IMG/VR virus record: IMGVR_UViG_3300050119_000072
Location: 1-64,000 of that record
DNA length: 64,000 bases
Direction: 5' to 3' (one strand)
Origin: a virus
Under the pieces are notes generated by a model that saw nothing but the letters and a program-made list of their open reading frames with translations, did not search any database and was not told the origin of the DNA. Within the stretch, counting starts at the first letter, position 1. The number at the start of each line of letters is the position of its first letter. The position numbers and the translations under genes are program-made. Positions 27,520-37,651 of this stretch are shown here, one piece after another.

Positions 27520-28143
27520 ATGGCGCAACAGACAGTCAACAGCAATTCCGTGCAGCCCTTGGGCATCCCGAACACGGGCTCAAGCACAGAACAGGGCGAT
27601 ACCTGGGACGCGGCCGTCGTCAAAATCAATGCGATGTTCACCGACCTCTACACCGGCGCGAAGGCGATGATCGCCGGTCTGGGAACCGCAGTGTTCGGCG
27701 CGTCCGGCAATATCAGCACGCAGGTCGGCGTCATCGGTTCCTCGGCCACCAACACCACGCAGACGCTTTTGAGCTATGTGCTGCCGGCGAAGACGCTCAA
27801 TGCAGTCGGCAACGGCATCATGGTAACGGCCTTTGGCCAGAAGGCGGCGAACGCTGCCGGCTGCACGCTGGCTCTCACCGTCGGCGGCATGACGGTCAAT
27901 ACCGGCAACGTCACTTCGAGCGGCTCGAGCTGGATGATGGAGGCCATGTTCTTCAAGAGCGCCTCGAACGCCCAGGTCGGCAACCTCAACGCATTGACCG
28001 GTCTCACCCCGGTGAAGACGGTTTCCGGCACCGACACGTCCGTCGACACCGGCACGATCAACATCGCGGTGACCATGCTGGACGCCTCCGCCGGCCAGTC
28101 GAATATCCTGCTCGACGGACTCATCGTCGAGTTCTTCAACTAA
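27520..28143 (+). CDS. Putative virion surface protein (Ser/Thr-rich beta fold)
   Basis: GDTWDAAVVKINAMFTDLY capsid-anchor-like N-terminus; S/T/G-rich; GGAG SD. Confidence 0.7.
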   Translation: MAQQTVNSNSVQPLGIPNTGSSTEQGDTWDAAVVKINAMFTDLYTGAKAMIAGLGTAVFGASGNISTQVGVIGSSATNTTQTLLSYVLPAKTLNAVGNGIMVTAFGQKAANAAGCTLALTVGGMTVNTGNVTSSGSSWMMEAMFFKSASNAQVGNLNALTGLTPVKTVSGTDTSVDTGTINIAVTMLDASAGQSNILLDGLIVEFFN

Positions 28144-28192
28144 CCGCGCGGCGTTTACCTTCCCGCAAGGCAATTGCGGGTAAGGGGACGCC

Positions 28193-29584
28193 ATGTGGTT
28201 CATGCCTTCCTACGGCCGCCCGGACGCTCTCCGACGCATGTTGGAGGCGCCCGGCGGCTGGCCGGATCATGTGGTTGTCCTTGTCAACGAGGACGATCCG
28301 GCGCTGAAAGAGTACGGGCGCGTATTCACAAGCGCACTCCCGCGCGATCCTCCGTGGCGCCTGCACTTCATCCCCGCCGGCTCCCGCTGCTCCGACGCCC
28401 ACCGCTACATCACCACCAAATGGCCGGACGAAGCCTTCTACGGGCTGCTGTGCGACGATCAGTGGCCGGTGACGCCAGGCTGGCATGAGGCGCTGGTCAG
28501 GGCGGCCGGCTCCAAGTTCATCTCGACGCCGGCGGGCGAGCCGAATTTCCCGCTGCTGCGCAACGCCCTCGTCCTGGGCGGCGACCTGGTGCGCGCCATG
28601 GGCACGCTGGTCCCGGCGCCCGTGAAGCACAACTTCGAGGACAATATCTGGGACCGCATCGCGGCCGACTTCAATATCCTGGTGCCGCTGCCGGACGTTA
28701 TCGTCGAGCACCGCCATTGGGTGCACGGCACGGCAAAAAAAGACGCCACCTATGAGCGGGGTTCCGCCGACGCCATCGAGGACCGCAAAATCTTCGAGAC
28801 GTGGCTGGCGAGCGCCGATCGCATGGAAATGTGCCGCCGCATCGGCAAACTGCTTGATGTGTCGGGCATAACGACCATTGACCCCAAAAAGGTCCGGCTT
28901 GCCATCGTGGTGCCGATCGGGGACGAAGTGGTCGATATCGCCTATCACAAGTCGCTCAACGCCACGATTATGCTGCTGGCGCAATGCGGTATCAGCCTCT
29001 CGATCATGGAGGCCGCCGGTGGGAGCCACATCGGCAAGGCGCGAGAGCGCGTGCTCTGGCTGGCAATGCACGACTACAAGCCCACGCATCTGCTGTTTAT
29101 CGATGCCGACATGGGATGGGACGCCAAGCAGGTCACGCGGCTGCTGTGCGCCGACCATGAATTCGCGGCGATCGCCGGCGTGCGCAAGACCGACGAGGTG
29201 AAGGTCTGCTGCAACTTCCTGCCGACCGAAGAGCGCCACCCGGTCACAAACTTCCTCAAGGTCCGTGACGTGGGCTTCGCCTTCGTTCTGCTCAAGACCT
29301 CCGTGGTCGACAAGCTGTGCAAGGCCTATCCGGATCTCGAATACAATTGCGGGGACAAGCGCGAATGGGCGCTGTTCCTCGACATGATCGATAAAAAAGA
29401 CAAGACCAACGGCCTCCGCGGCGAGCGGCTGTCGGAGGACTTTTCCTTCTGCCGGCGCTGGCGCGCCATAGGCGGCGACATCTTCCTCGACGACGAGGCC
29501 GCGATTATCCACGCCGGCCGCAAGGAATACACCGGCAGAGCCGCCGACAAGTTGCCCTACGCAAAACCGGCCGCCACCGCTTAA
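28193..29584 (+). CDS. Two-domain GT-A fold glycosyltransferase
   Basis: Domain 1 MPSYGRP..LLCDD..EH.H; domain 2 LLFIDADMGW, VGFAFVLL, SEDFSFCRRW..IGG.I..D....HAG. Confidence 0.85.
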   Translation: MWFMPSYGRPDALRRMLEAPGGWPDHVVVLVNEDDPALKEYGRVFTSALPRDPPWRLHFIPAGSRCSDAHRYITTKWPDEAFYGLLCDDQWPVTPGWHEALVRAAGSKFISTPAGEPNFPLLRNALVLGGDLVRAMGTLVPAPVKHNFEDNIWDRIAADFNILVPLPDVIVEHRHWVHGTAKKDATYERGSADAIEDRKIFETWLASADRMEMCRRIGKLLDVSGITTIDPKKVRLAIVVPIGDEVVDIAYHKSLNATIMLLAQCGISLSIMEAAGGSHIGKARERVLWLAMHDYKPTHLLFIDADMGWDAKQVTRLLCADHEFAAIAGVRKTDEVKVCCNFLPTEERHPVTNFLKVRDVGFAFVLLKTSVVDKLCKAYPDLEYNCGDKREWALFLDMIDKKDKTNGLRGERLSEDFSFCRRWRAIGGDIFLDDEAAIIHAGRKEYTGRAADKLPYAKPAATA

Positions 29585-29596
29585 AGGCTTCCCATC

Positions 29597-29833
29597 ATGT
29601 CGCAGAGCGAAACCTCCGGCCCAAAGATAGGGCAGACGGTGATCTATTCGCCGTCGGCCGGCGTCACGTACCCCGCCATGCTGATCGCGGTCGCCGCAGG
29701 CACCGGGCTTGTGCGCCTCACCGTGTTTCAGCCAGGCGCGACCTTCCTCGACGCACAAAACGTCCCCTACGACTACACGCGCAACATCGTGTTCCCGTCC
29801 TGGAGCTATCCAGGGCCGCAAAGCGGAATTTGA
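29597..29833 (+). CDS. Small conserved phage protein
   Basis: PKIGQTV.Y...PA.......V.LTVF...WSYP. Confidence 0.7.
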   Translation: MSQSETSGPKIGQTVIYSPSAGVTYPAMLIAVAAGTGLVRLTVFQPGATFLDAQNVPYDYTRNIVFPSWSYPGPQSGI

Positions 29834-29836
29834 CGC

Positions 29837-30286
29837 ATGCCGCATGATCCCGTGATCGAGAGCCAAGAAGTCGTCTTTCGCACGGGCAAGGACACGCCCG
29901 ATCGCGTGGTGCTCAACCGGTACGAGGCGCCGGCTACGCCGGACAGCGGCATTGCCGAGGACCCCTATAAGGCGTCCGACCTTGCCGCATGCGCGCAGGC
30001 CATGCGCACGCTGGAAAAGCACTACCCCGGCCACTGCTTCCGCGTCATCCACGACAGCAAGCAAGGCATTTGCCTCATGTCGATCCCGATTCTCATGGGG
30101 ATCAACAACTACATGGCGGTCAATCTCAAGACGCACGCGCTCGACGATAGCCGCGTGATGAAGGCCGGCGGCGAGATACTTGAGCGCTACGGGCTCAAGC
30201 GCGGCGGCTTCGAGCTGACGCCGTTCCTCGACGCGCGGGCCAAACACTCGGCTCTCGTCGTCCCCAGCCGCAAGGTGCCTGGGTGA
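29837..30286 (+). CDS. Conserved hypothetical protein upstream of portal
   Basis: L.KHYPGH...GI...AGGEILERYGL.RG. Confidence 0.75.
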   Translation: MPHDPVIESQEVVFRTGKDTPDRVVLNRYEAPATPDSGIAEDPYKASDLAACAQAMRTLEKHYPGHCFRVIHDSKQGICLMSIPILMGINNYMAVNLKTHALDDSRVMKAGGEILERYGLKRGGFELTPFLDARAKHSALVVPSRKVPG

Positions 30287-30495
30287 AAACCCGGGCCCCG
30301 CGCCTCGCGACCAACCAGCAACTCTATCGCTCGCTGCTGGTCCTGCGCCAAGACGCGATCGCCCGCGGCTTTCTCGGTCCCGGCACGCGCGTCTATGGCA
30401 ACTCGCTGATCAGGCTCGGCACCGAACTGCTGGCGGCCGGAGTGACGTTCGATCAACTGCCGCGCCTAACCGCAAAGGGACCGCATGAAACCTAA
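30283..30495 (+). CDS. Hypothetical protein
   Basis: GTGA overlap. Confidence 0.5.
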   Translation: MKTRAPRLATNQQLYRSLLVLRQDAIARGFLGPGTRVYGNSLIRLGTELLAAGVTFDQLPRLTAKGPHET

Positions 30496-30814
30496 GATGA
30501 TCGCCGGAGCGAATGCCAACCCGGGCGCGCCGCGCGGCTGGGACCCGAAGAAAGACGGCCACTGTGGCACGCTTCCGATCCGCTACACGGAAGACGCAGA
30601 CGGCCGCATTGCACAATGCGAGAGCGCATGGGAGCCGAGCGCGGAAGAACTCGCCCTGTTGAACGCCGGCGGCTCCGTCATCCTTCGCGTAATCGGTTGG
30701 CAGGTTCCGGTCGCGCTGTATGTCGAGCCTGCGGACAAGGCGTTTCAAAACAGCAGAAGAAGCCCACGCGGCATATTGTGCCGCTGCTTCAAAATACTTC
30801 GGCAAATTCGCTAG
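30485..30814 (+). CDS. Hypothetical protein
   Basis: GAP.GWD...G.C..LP....SAWEP..EEL..LNAGG.V.L....PV.L.V. Confidence 0.7.
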   Translation: MKPKMIAGANANPGAPRGWDPKKDGHCGTLPIRYTEDADGRIAQCESAWEPSAEELALLNAGGSVILRVIGWQVPVALYVEPADKAFQNSRRSPRGILCRCFKILRQIR

Positions 30815-30943
30815 AGCCGCCTAACCAATCACTGCACGGATTGAGAACCGCGCGATCGACGCGCAGCAATCCTGTATGCGGGAGTGCTCCCCATTCTTCG
30901 ATCAAAACCAAGTGGCGAGGACGGCACCAATGGTGTCCGGGCG

Positions 30944-33439
30944 ATGCCAATTACGATAAACCAGAATGCCGTCCCACCGGGCGAGGACGGCTTGACCAAT
31001 GGCGCCGGCTACGAGAACGACGCGGCCGCGCAGGCTGAGCATCCGGACGGCAACGACACCACCACCTCGCGGCCCAGTATCGACTTCCTTCAATTGGTCC
31101 GCGAGGCCGAGGATCAGTCGTCGCTCTATCAGGCGCAGGTCAACCGCACAGCATGGTCGCAATCCCTGCGCGCCTTCCACAACGAGCATTACGTCGGCTC
31201 AAAATACACCAAGCCGGAATGGCGCGGCAGATCCCGCCTGTTTGTGCCAAAGACGCGCGCCGCAGTGCGCAAGGATGGCGCCGCGGTCGCGGCCTCGATG
31301 TTCAACAACATCGACGCCATCAACTGCCTGGCCGGCAATGACGGCGATCCCGTACAGCGCGCATCGGCCGCGCTCATGGAGGAACTGGTCAACTACCGGA
31401 CCAACCGGTCGTCGGGCAAAGCGGCGCTGCCGTGGTTCCTGGTCTCGATGGGCTGCCGGCAGGATTCGGTGCTCACCGGCGTTTGCCTATCAAAGCAAAG
31501 CTGGAAGCAGACATGGCGCAAGACCGGCGCCACCCGCGCGCACGAACTCAATCCCGCGACGAACGTCTATGAGGAACGCGAGCGCGCTCACTATTCGCTC
31601 GATATCGACCGGCCCGACATGCAGGGCATCCCGGCGGAGAACTATTGCATCGATCCGGCCGCGGACTGGACCAATCCGGCGCAAACAGCGGCCTATCTTC
31701 TCATCAAATGGCCGATGCAGATTGACGAAATTCGCGAGAAGCAGGACGCGCCGGTCAATCCATGGAACGAAGTCGACGAGTCGGTGCTGAAAAGCTCGGT
31801 CGAGAACACCAAGTTTGACGCCTCTGCAATCCGCCGCGCGCGAGAAATGGGCCTCGATCGATACGACGAAACCCAGACCGGCATGACCTTCCAAATCGTG
31901 TGGGTCTATGAAGTCTTTATGCGGGTCGAGGGCGAGGATTATACCTTCTACTCGGTCGGCGATAAGGACTTTCTGACCAACCCCAAGCCCGTCAGCGAGG
32001 TTTACCCGGAGCAATTCGGCGAGCGACCGCTTGCCTTGGGCTACGGCGCGCTCGAAGCGCACCGCATTTACCCCATGGCGCCGGTCGAGTCGTGGCAGCC
32101 ATTGCAAATCGAGACCAACGATATCCGCAATCTGGCCTTGGACGCGACCAAGCAGAACGTAATGCCGATCTCGAAGGTGAGACGCGGTCGCCAGATCGAC
32201 CTCGACCAGGTGCGCAGGCGCTCGGCGGGGGCCTCGATCATCGTCACGGACCCCACCGACGTCACATGGGAGACGCCGCCGCAGCTAGGGCAGGCCCCGG
32301 TGGAAATGGGGCGCGAGCTTGGCCTCGAGTTTGACGACCTCTCCGGCCAGCAGAACTACGGCACGGTCGAAAACAACAACGCCCTTGGCAAGACCTTGGG
32401 CGGCTTGAAGCTTGCGGCTGGTTCCGCCAACGCTGTGCAGGAATACGATATCCGGGTCTGGATCGAGACATGGGCGCAGCCAGCGCTGTCTCAAGTCGTG
32501 CGCCTCGAACAATACTACGAGAGCAGCGCCAAGGTGCTCGGCTTGTGCGGGCAGAAGGCAAAGCTCCTGCAAAAGTATGGCGTCAGCGCCATCACCAACG
32601 AACTGCTGGAAAACGAGATCACCGTCCGCGTTTCGGTCGGGCTTGGCGCCGGCGATCCCCAGCAGCGCCTAGCCAAGTTTCAATCGGCGACGCAAGTCGT
32701 CGCCCCATTGCTGGCGCAGACCAAGGAATTCCAGTCAGGCCAAGTCGAACTCAATTGGGAAGCTGTGGCAGAGGAAGTGTTTGGCGCGGCCGGCTATCAC
32801 GACGGCGGCTCGCGCTTCTTCAAGGACAACGGCGCGCCGGCGCAGAACCCCACCGCCGCCCTCAATATCCAGAAGCTGCAATCGGAAATCGAGAAAAACG
32901 ACCGGATGGGCAAGGGGTCATTGCTCACGGGCCTTGCCAACGTCGCGAAGGTCGCGCTGGGCAAGAAAGACTTGGAAGCGAGCACCGTCGATATGCTCAT
33001 GGGGCACCAGGAGACGGCGCGGCAGATGGGTCAGGCGCACGGTCACCAGACTAACCAGACGCGGCTTGCCGCCATGGAACACGGCCACCGTCACGGCATG
33101 GCCATCAACGAACATCGCCGCAGCTTGACCAACGACGCGCATTCGCGCGCCCAGGCCGAGCGCGAATTTCAGCAGAATCAGTCTGACGCTGCTGGTGGGG
33201 GTGCGGGGATGGATGGTGCCGAGGCGGGAAGCGGGCCTTCCGGCCCCGCTCCGGCCGCACCGTCTAGCGCGGGTGCTCCGGCCTCGCCCTCTGCATCCCC
33301 ACCTCCCGACCATGCAATGCTCGCCCAACTACTTGCGGCCGGGCACCTGCAATTCACGCGCGGCCCTGACGGTCGCATATCCGGCATAGCGATGCCGCCG
33401 CAGCGCGCGCTCCCGCCGCCGCAACCAGCACAGCAATAG
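30944..33439 (+). CDS. Portal protein (N4/P22-like podoviral)
   Basis: About 830 aa; RSRLFVPKTR, ENYCIDPAADW, LQ.E.N..RN...D, TLGG..L; long disordered tail. Confidence 0.85.
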   Translation: MPITINQNAVPPGEDGLTNGAGYENDAAAQAEHPDGNDTTTSRPSIDFLQLVREAEDQSSLYQAQVNRTAWSQSLRAFHNEHYVGSKYTKPEWRGRSRLFVPKTRAAVRKDGAAVAASMFNNIDAINCLAGNDGDPVQRASAALMEELVNYRTNRSSGKAALPWFLVSMGCRQDSVLTGVCLSKQSWKQTWRKTGATRAHELNPATNVYEERERAHYSLDIDRPDMQGIPAENYCIDPAADWTNPAQTAAYLLIKWPMQIDEIREKQDAPVNPWNEVDESVLKSSVENTKFDASAIRRAREMGLDRYDETQTGMTFQIVWVYEVFMRVEGEDYTFYSVGDKDFLTNPKPVSEVYPEQFGERPLALGYGALEAHRIYPMAPVESWQPLQIETNDIRNLALDATKQNVMPISKVRRGRQIDLDQVRRRSAGASIIVTDPTDVTWETPPQLGQAPVEMGRELGLEFDDLSGQQNYGTVENNNALGKTLGGLKLAAGSANAVQEYDIRVWIETWAQPALSQVVRLEQYYESSAKVLGLCGQKAKLLQKYGVSAITNELLENEITVRVSVGLGAGDPQQRLAKFQSATQVVAPLLAQTKEFQSGQVELNWEAVAEEVFGAAGYHDGGSRFFKDNGAPAQNPTAALNIQKLQSEIEKNDRMGKGSLLTGLANVAKVALGKKDLEASTVDMLMGHQETARQMGQAHGHQTNQTRLAAMEHGHRHGMAINEHRRSLTNDAHSRAQAEREFQQNQSDAAGGGAGMDGAEAGSGPSGPAPAAPSSAGAPASPSASPPPDHAMLAQLLAAGHLQFTRGPDGRISGIAMPPQRALPPPQPAQQ

Positions 33440-33447
33440 AGGACGAC

Positions 33448-33879
33448 ATGGCAGATTTTGGCGTCGGCAATAACACATTGGCCCCGACGATTGGGCAGCC
33501 ACAAACGGTCGTCGATAGCGGCGCGATTATCACGCTCACCAATGCCGGCGCTGGAACGACCAATAGCGCTGACCAGGAAAACAATGGCGGCCGTGGTCTT
33601 GCCGTCGTGCTCGATATCACCGCCAATTCCGGGACTATCGACGTCACGCTCAACATTCAGGTCAAGGACAAGGCGTCCGGCAAATATATCACGTTACTGT
33701 CGTCCGTCTCAAAAACGGCCACCGGGACATACCGGTACGTGGTCTATCCGACCATTACCGCGTCAGCCAATTTGATTGCGCAAGACGTTCTGCCGGAAAT
33801 CTGGCGCCTGCAAGTCGTATGCGGCGCCGGCTCATCCCCGCAGGTCACCTTGACCGCCGGCGCGTGCGTCATCCCCTAA
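33448..33879 (+). CDS. Putative virion surface protein (jelly-roll-like)
   Basis: NSADQ.N..GRG..V.LDIT...KD.ASGKY..LL....VYP...LP..WR; S/T-rich; GAGG SD. Confidence 0.7.
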   Translation: MADFGVGNNTLAPTIGQPQTVVDSGAIITLTNAGAGTTNSADQENNGGRGLAVVLDITANSGTIDVTLNIQVKDKASGKYITLLSSVSKTATGTYRYVVYPTITASANLIAQDVLPEIWRLQVVCGAGSSPQVTLTAGACVIP

Positions 33880-33894
33880 CGCTGGAAACGCTGA

Positions 33895-35424
33895 ATGCGA
33901 GAGGAAACCCGCGACCTCACCATCGGCGAAGCGCTCGACCTCGGCTGCCAGATGGCGCTGGCAGGCCGCAATCTCGATGCCATCGGGCTCTTCAAAGGCG
34001 TCCTCATCCATGAGCCGGAGAACTTTGAGGCGATGGAGCGGCTCGGCTCATCCCTCTTCGAGCTCAAGCGCTACCACGAAGCGCTGTATTATTTCTGGCG
34101 CGGCCGCAAGCTATGCCGCCGCCATCCGCTCGCCCTGACCAATTACGGGCTCACCGTCTCCCAGCTTGGGCACTGGGAGGAAGGGTTGGCCGAGCTTCAA
34201 AAAGCCGTTGCCATCATCGAGCGCGGCAAGCATGAGGTCGCGCCGGCGGTCAAGTCCTTGGTCTACAACAACCTGGGCAACGCCTTGCAGCGGGTCGAGA
34301 AATTCGCGGAAGCGCTCGCCTACCTCGACAAAGGCATTGCGCTCAACCCGCAGGATCACTTCCCGCACTACAATCGCGGCGTCGCGCTCCTGCGACTCAA
34401 CCGGCACAAGGAAGCGGTCGCGTCTCTAGATCGTTGCCTGACGCTCAAGCCAAACGACCAGGAGGCGCTTTACAATCGGTCCATGGGGCGCCTGCTGCTC
34501 GGCGACATGCAAGGCGGCTTTGCCGACTACGATGCTCGGCTGCTGACCTCTGAGAACACCGTCGTCAACCTTGGTCTGCCGGCGGACAAGAAGTGGGACG
34601 GTGGCGACCTCGCCGGCAAGACCATCCTTGTGCACTGCGAGCAAGGGCTTGGCGACGATATCCAGTTTCTGCGGTTCCTGCCGGCGCTGCGCGAGAAGAA
34701 CCCCGCGCGAATCCTGCTGGTGCCGCACTCAGCCATCACGCCAATGATCGCTCCGATGGAGGGCATGACCATCCGGCCCTCTGGCGTCCCAATCGACTTC
34801 GGAGAATTCGATTGCTGGGTAGCGCTGATGTCGCTCCCGCACTACCTCGGGCTGGATCAGGAGACATTGCTGCCGGCTTCGTGGCAGCCCGTTATCGAAC
34901 CCTCGCGGATCGCCGCATGGCGCATGAAGCTGGACCTTGACGCGAAGCGCCTCAAGGTCGGGGTGTGCTGGGCCGGCAACTGGCTCCATAAAAACGACAA
35001 GCATCGCTCAATCCCCTTGGCCAAGTTTGCGCCATTGTTCGACGCGATGGGTGTCACCTTCGTCAGCCTGCAACAGTTGCGCCCTGGCGAGAACAAGGAA
35101 TTTGATACGCTGGTCGCGAACAACACGGACCTGCGCTCGTTCTACTTCGACGACTTTCGCGACACTGCGGCAGCCATGCTCAATCTCGACATGGTGATAT
35201 CGGTAGATACGTCAGTGGCTCATCTTGCGGCGACGCTCGGCATCCCGACCAAAGTGCTGGTTCCTGCCTTCGGAACCGATTGGCGATGGGGACTGGGGCG
35301 CTCTGACTCGCCATGGTATCGGTCGGCCACCATTTATCGACAGCCGAAAGTCGGAGATTGGGTCTCCGTCATCGACAAGCTTCGCGCCGAATTGACGCGC
35401 CAAGCCATGATCTGGCCCGCATGA
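33895..35424 (+). CDS. TPR-repeat glycosyltransferase (GT-B, GT9/heptosyltransferase-like)
   Basis: TPRs (YNNLGNAL, YNRGVAL), WDG.DL.GKTILV..EQGLGDDIQF.RF, VGVCWAG, DTAA...LD.VISVDTSVAHLA..LG, DWRW...SPWY. Confidence 0.92.
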   Translation: MREETRDLTIGEALDLGCQMALAGRNLDAIGLFKGVLIHEPENFEAMERLGSSLFELKRYHEALYYFWRGRKLCRRHPLALTNYGLTVSQLGHWEEGLAELQKAVAIIERGKHEVAPAVKSLVYNNLGNALQRVEKFAEALAYLDKGIALNPQDHFPHYNRGVALLRLNRHKEAVASLDRCLTLKPNDQEALYNRSMGRLLLGDMQGGFADYDARLLTSENTVVNLGLPADKKWDGGDLAGKTILVHCEQGLGDDIQFLRFLPALREKNPARILLVPHSAITPMIAPMEGMTIRPSGVPIDFGEFDCWVALMSLPHYLGLDQETLLPASWQPVIEPSRIAAWRMKLDLDAKRLKVGVCWAGNWLHKNDKHRSIPLAKFAPLFDAMGVTFVSLQQLRPGENKEFDTLVANNTDLRSFYFDDFRDTAAAMLNLDMVISVDTSVAHLAATLGIPTKVLVPAFGTDWRWGLGRSDSPWYRSATIYRQPKVGDWVSVIDKLRAELTRQAMIWPA

Positions 35425-36209
35425 TGGCAAAGCTCGATCTGCGGACGGTTACCCTCGTCGCCGTAGAAACAAGGGCGCATGAATTGATGCGCATGGCGAT
35501 CGACGATTGCCTGGCGCTGGCCGACTTCGGCGGCATCCTGATCTGCTCGGATAACTTCAAGCACCTCAATGTGCTCGGCGCGGACCTTGTGCAGGTCAAG
35601 GATTGGCCGGAGAAGGTCGGCTGGTCGCGCTATTTCTGGCAGGGCGTCGGGCAACACGTGCACACGCCGTACACGCTCAATATCCAATGGGATAGCTGGA
35701 TCTGGTGTCCGGCGATGTGGTTCCCGGAATACCTCGATTACGACTACATCGGCGCGCCCTGGTGGCACGAAGATGGGCTCAACGTCGGCAACGGCGGGTT
35801 CTGCATCCGGTCGAAGCGGTTGCTCGACTACATGGCGAGGCACAGCGAGACCTTCCCGATCACCACCAGCAATGACGACGCTCTGGTTTGCCGCACCTAT
35901 CGCAGGAAGCTAGAACAAGAGGGCTTCCGCTGGGCGCCGGAAGGCTTGGCCTTCCAGTTCTCGCTCGAATGTCCGCGCGACGTGCTCATCAACAACGAGC
36001 TAAAAACCTCGATCCCTCTGCCAGACCTGCCGCATTTCGGGTTTCACGGAATGCACGCATGGCCGTTTGTGCTCAATGAGAACGCGCTGGTAAAGCGCAC
36101 GCTGCTGGCGCTCTCGAACAAGTACATTCGCAATACCCGTATGCCGGGCCAACTCTTCAATATGGCCCCATGGCTCGCGCCGCTCGTCGGCGCTGAACTC
36201 GCCTCTTAA
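35421..36209 (+). CDS. DUF5672-family putative glycosyltransferase
   Basis: VTLVAV, IQWDSW, DYDYIGAPW, VGNGGFCIRSKRL, FGFHG. Confidence 0.88.
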   Translation: MMAKLDLRTVTLVAVETRAHELMRMAIDDCLALADFGGILICSDNFKHLNVLGADLVQVKDWPEKVGWSRYFWQGVGQHVHTPYTLNIQWDSWIWCPAMWFPEYLDYDYIGAPWWHEDGLNVGNGGFCIRSKRLLDYMARHSETFPITTSNDDALVCRTYRRKLEQEGFRWAPEGLAFQFSLECPRDVLINNELKTSIPLPDLPHFGFHGMHAWPFVLNENALVKRTLLALSNKYIRNTRMPGQLFNMAPWLAPLVGAELAS

Positions 36210-36324
36210 TCCGTCGTCGATAGAGCTTCGGGGAGATATCCCCCGTGAGAACGGCGCAGCGCGCCGCGTTACGCAGCATTGCGCTGCACCACCACACCCC
36301 AGACCAAACAAGAAGGAATATCGC

Positions 36325-36795
36325 ATGGCCTATTATGCGCTCTCGGGCACTCAAGCTACCGTCACATCAGCCTACAAAGGCGTTGCTGCTACTTGGTGCC
36401 CGGCCACCGTGCGCCGTGCCAAATGGTACGAATTCACGCTTGGCGCGACCGCCAATCCGAACGCGACCGACACCTATTTGCAGTTCGACATTTCACGCTT
36501 GTCCGGCACCACATCGCTCGCCGGCACCGCGCTCACGCCGAATCCGCTCGATCCGGCCGACCAGGCTGCGGCGACGCTCGCCGCCGGCAACCTGACCACG
36601 GAGGTCAATTCGGCCATCCTGGGTGTCTCGCTCTACAACACCGGCATCAACCAGCGCGCCACGACCCGCTGGATTGCGGCGCAGGAATCGCAATTCCTGA
36701 TCTCGCCGGCGACGGCTCAGAACGGCCTGGAACTGCGGGTTCAGTCCTCGACGTTTGCTTCGACCTGCGATGGCCAAGTGAGTTTTGTGGAATAG
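36325..36795 (+). CDS. Putative virion surface protein (Ser/Thr/Ala-rich)
   Basis: 156 aa; TP.PLDPAD, NQRAT.RW.A; AAGGA SD. Confidence 0.65.
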   Translation: MAYYALSGTQATVTSAYKGVAATWCPATVRRAKWYEFTLGATANPNATDTYLQFDISRLSGTTSLAGTALTPNPLDPADQAAATLAAGNLTTEVNSAILGVSLYNTGINQRATTRWIAAQESQFLISPATAQNGLELRVQSSTFASTCDGQVSFVE

Positions 36796-36850
36796 GCCGT
36801 AGCGATTCGGTAACCAAGTCTGGGTATCCCAATCAAAAGGAAGCCCAGAC

Positions 36851-37651
36851 ATGGCCCAGCGCGTCAAGACACCTTTTGTCCTCGCATCTACCGCGCATGG
36901 GCCGGTGATCTTAAACCACCTCGATTTTCGCCAGTTGGATAAGGGCGGCGTCGAGCTTGGCGTCGGTCTCGATATCCTCGTCCACGGCGAATTCGATCTG
37001 CCGCTAATCTCCATGACCTGCGGCGCGCTGGAAATACGCCGGCGCGAACGCGGGGCTGGCGTCGTCGCGCTCGATTGCGGCGCCAACATCGGGATTTACA
37101 CGCTCGAATGGGCGCGAAGAATGGAAGGCTGGGGCCGCGTCCTAGCCTTTGAGCCGCAAGAGCGAATCTATTACGCCCTTGCCGGCAATATCGCGCTCAA
37201 CAACCTGTTCAACGCCCAAGCGATCAATAGCGCTATCGGTGCCAAGCGTGACGTCATCGATATGCGTGTGCCGGATTACTGTGTGCCGGGCCAGTTTGGC
37301 GGCCTATCGCTGAATGGCCGACTTGAAATTGGGCAAGAAGTTACGACGTTGGCTCCGCTTCAAGTCATCCCGATCGATGATCTTGGGCTGCGTCGCGTTG
37401 ATTTCATCAAACTCGATATCGAGGGGATGGAGCCGGACGCGCTCGCCGGCGCCCGCAAGACCATCGAGACCAGCAAGCCATTTATGCTGGTAGAGTGGAT
37501 CAAATGCGGCAAAGAGCCGATTGAGGCGTTCATGGCCTCTGTAAGCTTTGAGACCGTCACGCTCGGCATGAATTTGCTGTGCGGGCCGGCCGGCAATGAA
37601 TTCACGGCGCGCATGCGGGAATTGTCCGAGCAGCGGGCAGTGCCGCAATGA
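36851..37651 (+). CDS. FkbM-family SAM-dependent methyltransferase
   Basis: LDCGANIG.YT, VLAFEPQ, IDDL....VDFIKLDIEGME...L.GA. Confidence 0.93.
   Translation: MAQRVKTPFVLASTAHGPVILNHLDFRQLDKGGVELGVGLDILVHGEFDLPLISMTCGALEIRRRERGAGVVALDCGANIGIYTLEWARRMEGWGRVLAFEPQERIYYALAGNIALNNLFNAQAINSAIGAKRDVIDMRVPDYCVPGQFGGLSLNGRLEIGQEVTTLAPLQVIPIDDLGLRRVDFIKLDIEGMEPDALAGARKTIETSKPFMLVEWIKCGKEPIEAFMASVSFETVTLGMNLLCGPAGNEFTARMRELSEQRAVPQ

Noticed and set aside
28136-30247. 703 aa minus-strand ORF
   Set aside because: Shadow of the plus-strand glycosyltransferase and neighbours; typical of high-GC3 DNA, no motifs
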